From contig OZ059899.1 in assembly GCA_964057225.1 (NCBI GenBank), positions 19,530,001 through 19,594,000 of the forward strand: a stretch of DNA of 64,000 nucleotides. The letters run 5' to 3'. The notes under the pieces were generated by a model, which had not been told where the DNA came from, made no database searches, and saw only the letters and a list, made by a program, of their open reading frames with translations. Both the position numbers and the translations under genes were made by a program. Positions within the stretch are counted from its first letter, which is position 1, and each line of letters opens with the position of its first letter. Source of the DNA: Auanema rhodensis. Taxonomy: Eukaryota; Animalia; Nematoda. Positions 41,601-58,000 of the stretch are shown here, piece by piece.

Positions 41601-43759
41601 CATATTAGTCTTAAAACAAATTTTTATTGATATTGGTGCATGGTAACCATGACTTTGAAATTTACGTGAACTTTAATTTATGCTAATTAAATGTACACGT
41701 GGTGTGCACTCGGTATGTAACTCGCTTCACGTGAAAGATAAAGAGATGCGGTTTTTAAAATTAGATTCCCCATGTCCATACTAGTCTGAAAACAATTTTT
41801 TACTGATATTGGTGCATGGTAACCATGACTTTGAAATTTACGTGAACTTTAATTTATGCTAATTAAATGTACACGTGATGTGCACTTGGTATGTAACTCG
41901 CTTCACGTGAAAGATAAAGAGATGCGGTTTTTAAAATTAGATTCCCCATGTCCATATTAGTCTAGAAACAAATTTTTATTGATATTGGTGCATGGTAACC
42001 ATGACTTTGAAATTTACGTGAACTTTAATTTATGCTAATTAAATGTACACGTGATGTGCACTTGGTATGTAACTTGCTTCACGTGAAAGATAAAGAGATG
42101 CGGTTTTCAAAATTAGATTCTTCATGTCCATATTAGTCTTAAAACAAATTTTCATTGATATTGGTGCATGGTAACCATGACTTTGAAATTTACGTGAACT
42201 TTAATTTATGCTAATTAAATGTACACGTGATGTGCACTTGGTATGTAACTCGCTTCACGTGAAAGATAAAGAGATGCAGTTCTCAAAATTAGATTCCCCA
42301 TGTCCATATTAGTCTAAAAACAAATTTTTGTTGATATTGGTGCATGGTAACCATGACTTTGAAATTTACGTGAACTTTATTTTATGCTACATAAATGTAC
42401 ACGTGGTGTGCACTCGGTATGTATCTCGCTTCACGTGAAAGATAAAGAGATGAGGTTTTCCCAATTAGATTCCCCATGTCCATATTAGTCTAAAAACAAA
42501 TTTTTATCGATATTGGTGCATGGTAACCATGACTTTGAAATTTACGTGAACTTTATTTTATGCTACATAAATGTACACGTGGTGTGCACTCGGTATGTAA
42601 CTCGCTTCACGTGAAAGATAAAGAGATGCGGTTTTCAAAATTAGATTCCCCATGTCCATATTAGTCTAAAAACAAATTTTTATTGATATTGGTGCATGGT
42701 AACCATGACTTTGAATTTTACGTGAACTTTAATTTATGCTAATTAAACGTACACGTGGTGTGCACTCGGTATGTAACTCGCTTCACGTGAAAGATAAAGA
42801 GATGCGGTTTTCAAAAATAGATTCCCCATGTCCATATTAGTCTAAAAACAAATTTTTATTGATATTGGTGCATGGTAACCATGACTTTGAATTTTACGTG
42901 AACTTTAATTTATGCTAATTAAATGTACACGTGATGTGCACTTGGTATGTAACTTGCTTCACGTGAAAGATAAAGAGATGCGGTTTTCAAAATTAGATTT
43001 CCCATGTCCATATTAGTCTTAAAACAAATTTTTATTGATATTGGTGCATGGTAACCATGACTTTGAAATTTACGTGAACTTTAATTTATGCTAATTAAAT
43101 GTACACGTGGTGTGCACTCGGTATGTAACTCGCTTCACGTGAAAGATAAAGAGATGCGGTTTTTAAAATTAGACTCCCCATGTCCATATTAGTCTAAAAA
43201 CAAATTTTTATTGATATTGGTGCATGGTAACCATGACTTTGAAATTTACGTGAACTTTAATTTATGCTAATTAAATGTACACGTGGTGTGCACTCGGTAT
43301 GTAACTCGCTTCACGTGAAAGATAAAGAGATGCGGTTTTTAAAATTAGATTCCCCATGTCCATATTAGTCTGAAAACAATTTTTTACTGATATTGGTGCA
43401 TGGTAACCATGACTTTGAATTTTACGTGAACTTTAATTTATGCTAATTAAACGTACACGTGGTGTGCACTCGGTATGTAACTCGCTTCACGTGAAAGATA
43501 AAGAGATGCGGTTTTCAAAAATAGATTCCCCATGTCCATATTAGTCTTAAAACAAATTTTTATTGATATTGGTGCATGGTAACCATGACTTTGAAATTTA
43601 CGTGAACTTTAATTTATGCTAATTAAATGTACACGTGGTGTGCACTCGGTATGTAACTCGCTTCACGTGAAAGATAAAGAGATGAGGTTTTCCCAATTAG
43701 ATTCCCCATGTCCATATTAGTCTAAAAACAAATTTTTATCGATATTGGTGCATGGTAAC

Positions 43760-46700
43760 CATGACTTTGAAATTTACGTGAACTTTATTTTATGCTACAT
43801 AAATGTACACGTGGTGTGCACTCGGTATGTATCTCGCTTCACGTGAAAGAAAAAGAGATGCGGTTTCCAAAATTAGATTCCCCATGTCCATATTAGTCTA
43901 AAAACAGTTTTTTACTGATATTGGTGCATGGTAACCATGATTTTGAAATTTACGTGAACTTTAATTTATGCTAATTAAATGTACACATGGTGTGCACTCG
44001 GTATGTAACTCGCTTCACGTGAAAGATAAAGAGATGCGGTTTTCAAAATTAGATTCCCCATGTCCATATTAGTCTAAAAACAAATTTTTATTGATATTGG
44101 TGCATGGTAACCATGACTTTGAATTTTACGTGAACTTTAATTTATGCTAATTAAACGTACACGTGGTGTGCACTCGGTATGTAACTCGCTTCACGTGAAA
44201 GATAAAGAGATGCGGTTTTCAAAAATAGATTCCCCATGTCCATATTAGTCTAAAAACAAATTTTTATTGATATTGGTGCATGGTAACCATGACTTTGAAT
44301 TTTACGTGAACTTTAATTTATGCTAATTAAACGTACACGTGGTGTGCACTCGGTATGTAACTCGCTTCACGTGAAAGATAAAGAGATGCGGTTTTTAAAA
44401 TTAGACTCCCCATGTCCATATTAGTCTAAAAACAAATTTTTATTGATATTGGTGCATGGTAACCATGACTTTGAAATTTACGTGAACTTTAATTTATGCT
44501 AATTAAATGTACACGTGGTGTGCACTCGGTATGTAACTCGCTTCACGTGAAAGATAAAGAGATGCGGTTTTTAAAATTAGATTCCCCATGTCCATATTAG
44601 TCTGAAAACAATTTTTTACTGATATTGGTGCATGGTAACCATGACTTTGAAATTTACGTGAACTTTAATTTATGCTAATTAAATGTACAAGTGATGTGCA
44701 CTTGGTATGTAACTCGCTTCACGTGAAAGATAAGGAGATGCGGTTTTCACAATTAGATTCCCCATGTCCATATTAGTCTAAAAACAAATTTTTATTGATA
44801 TTGGTGCATGGTAACCATGACTTTGAAATCTACGTGAACTTTAATTTATGCTAATTAAATGTACACGTGATGTGCACTTGGTATGTAACTCGCTTCACGT
44901 GAAAGATAAAGAGATGCGGTTTTCAAAATTAGATTTCCCATGTCCATATTAGTCTTAAAACAAATTTTTATTGATATTGGTGCATGGTAACCATGACTTT
45001 GAAATTTACGTGAACTTTAATTTATGCTAATTAAATGTACACGTGGTGTGCACTCGGTATGTAACTCGCTTCACGTGAAAGATAAAGAGATGCGGTTTTT
45101 AAAATTAGACTCCCCATGTCCATATTAGTCTAAAAACAAATTTTTATTGATATTGGTGCATGGTAACCATGACTTTGAAATTTACGTGAACTTTAATTTA
45201 TGCTAATTAAATGTACACGTGGTGTGCACTCGGTATGTAACTCGCTTCACGTGAAAGATAAAGAGATGCGGTTTTTAAAATTAGATTCCCCATGTCCATA
45301 CTAGTCTGAAAACAATTTTTTACTGATATTGGTGCATGGTAACCATGACTTTGAAATTTACGTGAACTTTAATTTATGCTAATTAAATGTACACGTGATG
45401 TGCACTTGGTATGTAACTCGCTTCACGTGAAAGATAAAGAGATGCGGTTTTTAAAATTAGATTCCCCATGTCCATATTAGTCTAGAAACAAATTTTTATT
45501 GATATTGGTGCATGGTAACCATGACTTTGAATTTTACGTGAACTTTAATTTATGCTAATTAAACGTACACGTGGTGTGCACTCGGTATGTAACTCGCTTC
45601 ACGTGAAAGATAAGGAGATGCGGTTTTCACAATTAGATTCCCCATGTCCATATTAGTCTAAAAACAAATTTTTATTGATATTGGTGCATGGTAACCATGA
45701 CTTTGAAATCTACGTGAACTTTAATTTATGCTAATTAAATGTACACGTGATGTGCACTTGGTATGTAACTCGCTTCACGTGAAAGATAAAGAGATGCGGT
45801 TTTCAAAATTAGATTTCCCATGTCCATATTAGTCTTAAAACAAATTTTTATTGATATTGGTGCATGGTAACCATGACTTTGAAATTTACGTGAACTTTAA
45901 TTTATGCTAATTAAATGTACACGTGGTGTGCACTCGGTATGTAACTCGCTTCACGTGAAAGATAAAGAGATGCGGTTTTTAAAATTAGACTCCCCATGTC
46001 CATATTAGTCTAAAAACAAATTTTTATTGATATTGGTGCATGGTAACCATGACTTTGAAATTTACGTGAACTTTAATTTATGCTAATTAAATGTACACGT
46101 GGTGTGCACTCGGTATGTAACTCGCTTCACGTGAAAGATAAAGAGATGCGGTTTTTAAAATTAGATTCCCCATGTCCATACTAGTCTGAAAACAATTTTT
46201 TACTGATATTGGTGCATGGTAACCATGACTTTGAAATTTACGTGAACTTTAATTTATGCTAATTAAATGTACACGTGATGTGCACTTGGTATGTAACTCG
46301 CTTCACGTGAAAGATAAAGAGATGCGGTTTTTAAAATTAGATTCCCCATGTCCATATTAGTCTAGAAACAAATTTTTATTGATATTGGTGCATGGTAACC
46401 ATGACTTTGAAATTTACGTGAACTTTAATTTATGCTAATTAAATGTACACGTGATGTGCACTTGGTATGTAACTTGCTTCACGTGAAAGATAAAGAGATG
46501 CGGTTTTCAAAATTAGATTCTTCATGTCCATATTAGTCTTAAAACAAATTTTCATTGATATTGGTGCATGGTAACCATGATTTTGAAATTTACGTGAACT
46601 TTATTTTATGCTAATTAAATGTACACGTGATGTGCACTTGGTATGTAACTTGCTTCACGTGAAAGATAAAGAGATGCGGTTTCCAAAATTAGATTCCTCA

Positions 46701-49700
46701 TGTCCATATTAGTCTAAAAACAGTTTTTTACTGATATTGGTGCATGGTAACCATGATTTTGAAATTTACGTGAACTTTATTTTATGCTACATAAATGTAC
46801 ACGTGGTGTGCACTCGGTATGTATCTCGCTTCACGTGAAAGATAAAGAGATGCGGTTTCCAAAATTAGATTCCCCATGTCCATATTAGTCTAAAAACAAA
46901 TTTTTATCGATATTGGTGCATGGTAACCATGACTTTGAAATTTACGTGAACTTTATTTTATGCTACATAAATGTACACGTGGTGTGCACTCGGTATGTAT
47001 CTCGCTTCACGTGAAAGATAAAGAGATGCGGTTTCCAAAATTAGATTCCCCATGTCCATATTAGTCTAAAAACAGTTTTTTACTGATATTGGTGCATGGT
47101 AACCATGATTTTGAAATTTACGTGAACTTTAATTTATGCTAATTAAATGTACACATGGTGTGCACTCGGTATGTAACTCGCTTCACGTGAAAGATAAAGA
47201 GATGCGGTTTTCGAAATTAGATTCCCCATGTCCATATTAGTCTAAAAACAAATTTTTATTGATATTGGTGCATGGTAACCATGACTTTGAAATTTACGTG
47301 AACTTTAATTTATGCTAATTAAATGTACACGTGATGTGCACTTGGTATGTAACTCGCTTCACGTGAAAGATAAAGAGATGCAGTTCTCAAAATTAGATTC
47401 CCCATGTCCATATTAGTCTAAAAACAAATTTTTATTGATATTGGTGCATGGTAACCATGACTTTGAAATTTACGTGAACTTTAATTTATGCTAATTAAAT
47501 GTACACGTGATGTGCACTTGGTATGTAACTTGCTTCACGTGAAAGATAAAGAGATGCGGTTTTCAAAATTAGATTCCCCATGTCCATATTAGTCTTAAAA
47601 CAAATTTTTATTGATATTGGTGCATGGTAACCATGACTTTGAAATTTACGTGAACTTTAATTTATGCTCATTAAATGTACACGTGATGTGCACTTGGTAT
47701 GTAACTCGCTTCACGTGAAAGATAAAGAGATGCAGTTCTCAAAATTAGATTCCCCATGTCCATATTAGTCTAAAAACAAATTTTTATTGATATTGGTGCA
47801 TGGTAACCATGACTTTGAAATTTACGTGAACTTTATTTTATGCTACATAAATGTACACGTGGTGTGCACTCGGTATGTATCTCGCTTCACGTGAAAGATA
47901 AAGAGATGAGGTTTTCCCAATTAGATTCCCCATGTCCATATTAGTCTAAAAACAAATTTTTATCGATATTGGTGCATGGTAACCATGACTTTGAAATTTA
48001 CGTGAACTTTAATTTATGCTAATTAAATGTACACGTGATGTGCACTTGGTATGTAACTTGCTTCACGTGAAAGATAAAGAGATGCGGTTTTCAAAATTAG
48101 ATTCTTCATGTCCATATTAGTCTTAAAACAAATTTTCATTGATATTGGTGCATGGTAACCATGACTTTGAAATTTACGTGAACTTTAATTTATGCTAATT
48201 AAATGTACACGTGATGTGCACTTGGTATGTAACTCGCTTCACGTGAAAGATAAAGAGATGCAGTTCTCAAAATTAGATTCCCCATGTCCATATTAGTCTA
48301 AAAACAAATTTTTGTTGATATTGGTGCATGGTAACCATGACTTTGAAATTTACGTGAACTTTATTTTATGCTACATAAATGTACACGTGGTGTGCACTCG
48401 GTATGTATCTCGCTTCACGTGAAAGATAAAGAGATGCGGTTTCCAAAATTAGATTCCTCATGTCCATATTAGTCTAAAAACAGTTTTTTACTGATATTGG
48501 TGCATGGTAACCATGATTTTGAAATTTACGTGAACTTTATTTTATGCTACATAAATGTACACGTGGTGTGCACTCGGTATGTATCTCGCTTCACGTGAAA
48601 GATAAAGAGATGAGGTTTTCCCAATTAGATTCCCCATGTCCATATTAGTCTAAAAACAAATTTTTATCGATATTGGTGCATGGTAACCATGACTTTGAAA
48701 TTTACGTGAACTTTATTTTATGCTACATAAATGTACACGTGGTGTGCACTCGGTATGTATCTCGCTTCACGTGAAAGAAAAAGAGATGCGGTTTCCAAAA
48801 TTAGATTCCCCATGTCCATATTAGTCTAAAAACAGTTTTTTACTGATATTGGTGCATGGTAACCATGATTTTGAAATTTACGTGAACTTTAATTTATGCT
48901 AATTAAATGTACACATGATGTGCACTCGGTATGTAACTCGCTTCACGTGAAAGATAAAGAGATGCGGTTTTCAAAATTAGATTCCCCATGTCCATATTAG
49001 TCTAAAAACAAATTTTTATTGATATTGGTGCATGGTAACCATGACTTTGAATTTTACGTGAACTTTAATTTATGCTAATTAAACGTACACGTGGTGTGCA
49101 CTCGGTATGTAACTCGCTTCACGTGAAAGATAAAGAGATGCGGTTTTCAAAAATAGATTCCCCATGTCCATATTAGTCTAAAAACAAATTTTTATTGATA
49201 TTGGTGCATGGTAACCATGACTTTGAATTTTACGTGAACTTTAATTTATGCTAATTAAATGTACACGTGATGTGCACTTGGTATGTAACTTGCTTCACGT
49301 GAAAGATAAAGAGATGCGGTTTTCAAAATTAGATTTCCCATGTCCATATTAGTCTTAAAACAAATTTTTATTGATATTGGTGCATGGTAACCATGACTTT
49401 GAAATTTACGTGAACTTTAGTTTATGCTAATTAAATGTACACGTTGGTGTGCACTCGGTATGTAACTCGCTTCACGTGAAAGATAAAGAGATGCGGTTTT
49501 TAAAATTAGACTCCCCATGTCCATATTAGTCTAAAAACAAATTTTTATTGATATTGGTGCATGGTAACCATGACTTTGAAATTTACGTGAACTTTAATTT
49601 ATGCTAATTAAATGTACACGTGGTGTGCACTCGGTATGTAACTCGCTTCACGTGAAAGATAAAGAGATGCGGTTTTTAAAATTAGATTCCCCATGTCCAT

Positions 49701-52650
49701 ATTAGTCTGAAAACAATTTTTTACTGATATTGGTGCATGGTAACCATGACTTTGAATTTTACGTGAACTTTAATTTATGCTAATTAAACGTACACGTGGT
49801 GTGCACTCGGTATGTAACTCGCTTCACGTGAAAGATAAAGAGATGCGGTTTTCAAAAATAGATTCCCCATGTCCATATTAGTCTAAAAACAAATTTTTAT
49901 TGATATTGGTGCATGGTAACCATGACTTTGAATTTTACGTGAACTTTAATTTATGCTAATTAAATGTACACGTGATGTGCACTTGGTATGTAACTTGCTT
50001 CACGTGAAAGATAAAGAGATGCGGTTTTCAAAATTAGATTTCCCATGTCCATATTAGTCTTAAAACAAATTTTTATTGATATTGGTGCATGGTAACCATG
50101 ACTTTGAAATTTACGTGAACTTTAATTTATGCTAATTAAATGTACACGTGGTGTGCACTCGGTATGTAACTCGCTTCACGTGAAAGATAAAGAGATGCGG
50201 TTTTTAAAATTAGACTCCCCATGTCCATATTAGTCTAAAAACAAATTTTTATTGATATTGGTGCATGGTAACCATGACTTTGAAATTTACGTGAACTTTA
50301 ATTTATGCTAATTAAATGTACACGTGGTGTGCACTCGGTATGTAACTCGCTTCACGTGAAAGATAAAGAGATGCGGTTTTTAAAATTAGATTCCCCATGT
50401 CCATATTAGTCTGAAAACAATTTTTTACTGATATTGGTGCATGGTAACCATGACTTTGAAATTTACGTGAACTTTAATTTATGCTAATTAAATGTACAAG
50501 TGATGTGCACTTGGTATGTAACTCGCTTCACGTGAAAGATAAGGAGATGCGGTTTTCACAATTAGATTCCCCATGTCCATATTAGTCTAAAAACAAATTT
50601 TTATTGATATTGGTGCATGGTAACCATGACTTTGAAATCTACGTGAACTTTAATTTATGCTAATTAAATGTACACGTGATGTGCACTTGGTATGTAACTC
50701 GCTTCACGTGAAAGATAAAGAGATGCGGTTTTCAAAATTAGATTTCCCATGTCCATATTAGTCTTAAAACAAATTTTTATTGATATTGGTGCATGGTAAC
50801 CATGACTTTGAAATTTACGTGAACTTTAATTTATGCTAATTAAATGTACACGTGGTGTGCACTCGGTATGTAACTCGCTTCACGTGAAAGATAAAGAGAT
50901 GCGGTTTTTAAAATTAGACTCCCCATGTCCATATTAGTCTAAAAACAAATTTTTATTGATATTGGTGCATGGTAACCATGACTTTGAAATTTACGTGAAC
51001 TTTAATTTATGCTAATTAAATGTACACGTGGTGTGCACTCGGTATGTAACTCGCTTCACGTGAAAGATAAAGAGATGCGGTTTTTAAAATTAGATTCCCC
51101 ATGTCCATACTAGTCTGAAAACAATTTTTTACTGATATTGGTGCATGGTAACCATGACTTTGAAATTTACGTGAACTTTAATTTATGCTAATTAAATGTA
51201 CACGTGATGTGCACTTGGTATGTAACTCGCTTCACGTGAAAGATAAAGAGATGCGGTTTTTAAAATTAGATTCCCCATGTCCATATTAGTCTAGAAACAA
51301 ATTTTTATTGATATTGGTGCATGGTAACCATGACTTTGAAATTTACGTGAACTTTAATTTATGCTAATTAAATGTACACGTGATGTGCACTTGGTATGTA
51401 ACTTGCTTCACGTGAAAGATAAAGAGATGCGGTTTTCAAAATTAGATTCTTCATGTCCATATTAGTCATAAAACAAATTTTCATTGATATTGGTGCATGG
51501 TAACCATGACTTTGAAATTTACGTGAACTTTATTTTATGCTACATAAATGTACACGTGGTGTGCACTCGGTATGTATCTCGCTTCACGTGAAAGATAAAG
51601 AGATGCGGTTTCCAAAATTAGATTCCTCATGTCCATATTAGTCTAAAAACAGTTTTTTACTGATATTGGTGCATGGTAACCATGATTTTGAAATTTACGT
51701 GAACTTTATTTTATGCTACATAAATGTACACGTGGTGTGCACTCGGTATGTATCTCGCTTCACGTGAAAGATAAAGAGATGCGGTTTCCAAAATTAGATT
51801 CCCCATGTCCATATTAGTCTAAAAACAAATTTTTATCGATATTGGTGCATGGTAACCATGACTTTGAAATTTACGTGAACTTTATTTTATGCTACATAAA
51901 TGTACACGTGGTGTGCACTCGGTATGTATCTCGCTTCACGTGAAAGATAAAGAGATGCGGTTTCCAAAATTAGATTCCACATGTCCATATTAGTCTAAAA
52001 ACAGTTTTTTACTGATATTGGTGCATGGTAACCATGATTTTGAAATTTACGTGAACTTTAATTTATGCTAATTAAATGTACACATGGTGTGCACTCGGTA
52101 TGTAACTCGCTTCACGTGAAAGATAAAGAGATGCGGTTTTCGAAATTAGATTCCCCATGTCCATATTAGTCTAAAAACAAATTTTTATTGATATTGGTGC
52201 ATGGTAACCATGACTTTGAAATTTACGTGAACTTTAATTTATGCTAATTAAATGTACACGTGATGTGCACTTGGTATGTAACTCGCTTCACGTGAAAGAT
52301 AAAGAGATGCAGTTCTCAAAATTAGATTCCCCATGTCCATATTAGTCTAAAAACAAATTTTTATTGATATTGGTGCATGGTAACCATGACTTTGAAATTT
52401 ACGTGAACTTTAATTTATGCTAATTAAATGTACACGTGATGTGCACTTGGTATGTAACTTGCTTCACGTGAAAGATAAAGAGATGCGGTTTTCAAAATTA
52501 GATTCCCCATGTCCATATTAGTCTTAAAACAAATTTTTATTGATATTGGTGCATGGTAACCATGACTTTGAAATTTACGTGAACTTTAATTTATGCTCAT
52601 TAAATGTACACGTGATGTGCACTTGGTATGTAACTCGCTTCACGTGAAAG
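43760..52650. repeat. Imperfect higher-order duplication in array B with an offset of about 28 monomers (4928-4929 bp)
   Basis: Marker pairs: GAAAGAAAAAGAG near 43851 and 48779, ATTCTTCATG near 46521 and 51450, TGCTCATTAA near 47669 and 52598. Confidence 0.7.
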
Positions 52651-54089
52651 ATAAAGAGATGCGGTTTCCAAAATTAGATTCCCCATGTCCATATTAGTCT
52701 AAAAACAAATTTTTATCGATATTGGTGCATGGTAACCATGACTTTGAAATTTACGTGAACTTTATTTTATGCTACATAAATGTACACGTGGTGTGCACTC
52801 GGTATGTATCTCGCTTCACGTGAAAGATAAAGAGATGCGGTTTCCAAAATTAGATTCCCCATGTCCATATTAGTCTAAAAACAGTTTTTTACTGATATTG
52901 GTGCATGGTAACCATGATTTTGAAATTTACGTGAACTTTATTTTATGCTACATAAATGTACACGTGGTGTGCACTCGGTATGTATCTCGCTTCACGTGAA
53001 AGATAAAGAGATGCGGTTTCCAAAATTAGATTCCCCATGTCCATATTAGTCTAAAAACAAATTTTTATTGTTATTGGTGCATGGTAACCATGATTTTGAA
53101 ATTTACGTGAACTTTAATTTATGCTAATTAAATTTACACATGGTGTGCACTTGGTATGTAACTTGCTTCACGTGAAAGATAAAGAGATGCGGTTTTCAAA
53201 ATTAGATTCCCCATGTCCATATTAGTCTAAAAACAAATTTTTATTGATATTGGTGCATGGTAACCATGACTTTGAAATTTACGTGAACTTTAATTTATGC
53301 TAATTAAATGTACACGTGATGTGCACTTGGTATGTAACTTGCTTCACGTGAAAGATAAAGAGATGCAGTTCTCAAAATTAGATTCCCCATGTCCATATTA
53401 GTCTAAAAACAAATTTTTATTGATATTGGTGCATGGTAACCATGACTTTGAAATTTACGTGAACTTTAATTTATGCTAATTAAATGTACACGTGATGTGC
53501 ACTTGGTATGTAACTTGCTTCACGTGAAAGATAAAGAGATGCGGTTTTCAAAATTAGATTCCCCATGTCCATATTAGTCTTAAAACAAATTTTTATTGAT
53601 ATTGGTGCATGGTAACCATGACTTTGAAATTTACGTGAACTTTAATTTATGCTAATTAAATGTACACGTGATGTGCACTTGGTATGTAACTTGCTTCACG
53701 TGAAAGATAAAGAGATGCGGTTTTCAAAATTAGATTCCCCATGTCCATATTAGTCTTAAAACAAATTTTTATTGATATTGGTGCATGGTAACCATGACTT
53801 TGAAATTTACGTGAACTTTAATTTATGCTAATTAAATGTACACGTGGTGTGCACCCGGTATGTAACTCGCTTCACGTGAAAGATAAAGAGATGAGGTTTT
53901 CCCAATTAGATTCCCCATGTCCATATTAGTCTAAAAACAAATTTTTATCGATATTGGTGCATGGTAACCATGACTTTGAAATTTACGTGAACTTTAATTT
54001 ATGCTAATTAAATGTACACGTGGTGTGCACCCGGTATGTAACTCGCTTCACGTGAAAGATAAAGAGATGAGGTTTTCCCAATTAGATTC

Positions 54090-54119
54090 CCCATGTCCAT
54101 ATTACCCATGTCCATATTA
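54090..54119 (+). repeat. 15-bp direct tandem duplication (CCCATGTCCATATTA x2) creating one 191-bp monomer
   Basis: Copies lie at 54090-54104 and 54105-54119. The flanking CATGG landmarks at 53960 and 54151 are 191 bp apart. Confidence 0.95.
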
Positions 54120-55049
54120 GTCTAAAAACAAATTTTTATTGATATTGGTGCATGGTAACCATGACTTTGAAATTTACGTGAACTTTATTTTATGCTACAT
54201 AAATGTACACGTGGTGTGCACTCGGTATGTATCTCGCTTCACGTGAAAGATAAAGAGATGCGGTTTCCAAAATTAGATTCCCCATGTCCATATTAGTCTT
54301 AAAACAAATTTTTATTGATATTGGTGCATGGTAACCATGACTTTGAAATTTACGTGAACTTTATTTTATGCTACATAAATGTACACGTGGTGTGCACTCG
54401 GTATGTATCTCGCTTCACGTGAAAGATAAAGAGATGCGGTTTCCAAAATTAGATTCCCCATGTCCATATTAGTCTAAAAACAGTTTTTTACTGATATTGG
54501 TGCATGGTAACCATGATTTTGAAATTTACGTGAACTTTAATTTATGCTAATTAAATGTACACATGGTGTGCACTCGGTATGTAACTCGCTTCACGTGAAA
54601 GATAAAGAGATGCGGTTTTCGAAATTAGATTCCCCATGTCCATATTAGTCTTAAAACAAATTTTTATTGATATTGGTGCATGGTAACCATGACTTTGAAA
54701 TTTACGTGAACTTTAATTTATGCTAATTAAATGTACACGTGATGTGCACTTGGTATGTAACTTGCTTCACGTGAAAGATAGAGAGATGCGGTTTTCAAAA
54801 TTAGATTCCCCATGTCCATATTAGTCTTAAAACAAATTTTTATTGATATTGGTGCATGGTAACCATGACTTTGAAATTTACGTGAACTTTAATTTATGCT
54901 AATTAAATGTACACGTGATGTGCACTTGGTATGTAACTCGCTTCACGTGAAAGATAAAGAGATGAGGTTTTCCCAATTAGATTCCCCATGTCCATATTAG
55001 TCTTAAAACAAATTTTTATTGATATTGGTGCATGGTAACCATGACTTTG

Positions 55050-58000
55050 AAATTTACGTGAACTTTAATTTATGCTAATTAAATGTACACGTGATGTGCA
55101 CTTGGTATGTAACTCGCTTCACGTGAAAGATAAAGAGATGCAGTTCTCAAAATTAGATTCCCCATGTCCATATTAGTCTAAAAACAAATTTTTATTGATA
55201 TTGGTGCATGGTAACCATGACTTTGAAATTTACGTGAACTTTATTTTATGCTACATAAATGTACACGTGGTGTGCACTCGGTATGTATCTCGCTTCACGT
55301 GAAAGATAAAGAGATGCGGTTTCCAAAATTAGATTCCCCATGTCCATATTAGTCTAAAAACAGTTTTTTACTGATATTGGTGCATGGTAACCATGATTTT
55401 GAAATTTACGTGAACTTTATTTTATGCTACATAAATGTACACGTGGTGTGCACTCGGTATGTATCTCGCTTCACGTGAAAGATAAAGAGATGCGGTTTCC
55501 AAAATTAGATTCCCCATGTCCATATTAGTCTAAAAACAAATTTTTATCGATATTGGTGCATGGTAACCATGACTTTGAAATTTACGTGAACTTTATTTTA
55601 TGCTACATAAATGTACACGTGGTGTGCACTCGGTATGTATCTCGCTTCACGTGAAAGATAAAGAGATGCGGTTTCCAAAATTAGATTCCCCATGTCCATA
55701 TTAGTCTAAAAACAGTTTTTTACTGATATTGGTGCATGGTAACCATGATTTTGAAATTTACGTGAACTTTATTTTATGCTACATAAATGTACACGTGGTG
55801 TGCACTCGGTATGTATCTCGCTTCACGTGAAAGATAAAGAGATGCGGTTTCCAAAATTAGATTCCCCATGTCCATATTAGTCTAAAAACAAATTTTTATC
55901 GATATTGGTGCATGGTAACCATGACTTTGAAATTTACGTGAACTTTATTTTATGCTACATAAATGTACACGTGGTGTGCACTCGGTATGTATCTCGCTTC
56001 ACGTGAAAGATAAAGAGATGCGGTTTCCAAAATTAGATTCCCCATGTCCATATTAGTCTAAAAACAGTTTTTTACTGATATTGGTGCATGGTAACCATGA
56101 TTTTGAAATTTACGTGAACTTTAATTTATGCTAATTAAATTTACACATGGTGTGCACTCGGTATGTAACTCGCTTCACGTGAAAGATAAAGAGATGCGGT
56201 TTTCGAAATTAGATTCCCCATGTCCATATTAGTCTAAAAACAAATTTTTATTGATATTGGTGCATGGTAACCATGACTTTGAAATTTACGTGAACTTTAA
56301 TTTATGCTAATTAAATGTACACGTGATGTGCACTTGGTATGTAACTTGCTTCACGTGAAAGATAAAGAGATGCAGTTCTCAAAATTAGATTCTCCATGTC
56401 CATATTAGTCTAAAAACAAATTTTTATTGATATTGGTGCATGGTAACCATGACTTTGAAATTTACGTGAACTTTAATTTATGCTAATTAAATGTACACGT
56501 GATGTGCACTTGGTATGTAACTTGCTTCACGTGAAAGATAAAGAGATGCGGTTTTCAAAATTAGATTCCCCATGTCCATATTAGTCTTAAAACAAATTTT
56601 TATTGATATTGGTGCATGGTAACCATGACTTTGAAATTTACGTGAACTTTAATTTATGCTAATTAAATGTACACGTGGTGTGCACCCGGTATGTAACTCG
56701 CTTCACGTGAAAGATAAAGAGATGAGGTTTTCCCAATTATATTCCCCATGTCCATATTAGTCTAAAAACAAATTTTTATCGATATTGGTGCATGGTAACC
56801 ATGACTTTGAAATTTACGTGAACTTTATTTTATGCTACATAAATGTACACGTGGTGTGCACTCGGTATGTATCTCGCTTCACGTGAAAGATAAAGAGATG
56901 CGGTTTCCAAAATTAGATTCCCCATGTCCATATTAGTCTAAAAACAGTTTTTTACTGATATTGGTGCATGGTAACCATGATTTTGAAATTTACGTGAACT
57001 TTAATTTATGCTAATTAAATGTACACATGGTGTGCACTCGGTATGTAACTCGCTTCACGTGAAAGATAAAGAGATGCGGTTTTCAAAATTAGATTCCCCA
57101 TGTCCATATTAGTCTAAAAACAAATTTTTATTGATATTGGTGCATGGTAACCATGACTTTGAAATTTACGTGAACTTTAATTTATGCTAATTAAATGTAC
57201 ACGTGATGTGCACTTGGTATGTAACTCGCTTCACGTGAAAGATAAAGAGATGCAGTTCTCAAAATTAGATTCCCCATGTCCATATTAGTCTAAAAACAAA
57301 TTTTTATTGATATTGGTGCATGGTAACCATGACTTTGAAATTTACGTGAACTTTATTTTATGCTACATAAATGTACACGTGGTGTGCACTCGGTATGTAT
57401 CTCGCTTCACGTGAAAGATAAAGAGATGCGGTTTCCAAAATTAGATTCCCCATGTCCATATTAGTCTAAAAACAGTTTTTTACTGATATTGGTGCATGGT
57501 AACCATGATTTTGAAATTTACGTGAACTTTATTTTATGCTACATAAATGTACACGTGGTGTGCACTCGGTATGTATCTCGCTTCACGTGAAAGATAAAGA
57601 GATGCGGTTTCCAAAATTAGATTCCCCATGTCCATATTAGTCTAAAAACAAATTTTTATCGATATTGGTGCATGGTAACCATGACTTTGAAATTTACGTG
57701 AACTTTATTTTATGCTACATAAATGTACACGTGGTGTGCACTCGGTATGTATCTCGCTTCACGTGAAAGATAAAGAGATGCGGTTTCCAAAATTAGATTC
57801 CCCATGTCCATATTAGTCTAAAAACAGTTTTTTACTGATATTGGTGCATGGTAACCATGATTTTGAAATTTACGTGAACTTTATTTTATGCTACATAAAT
57901 GTACACGTGGTGTGCACTCGGTATGTATCTCGCTTCACGTGAAAGATAAAGAGATGCGGTTTCCAAAATTAGATTCCCCATGTCCATATTAGTCTAAAAA

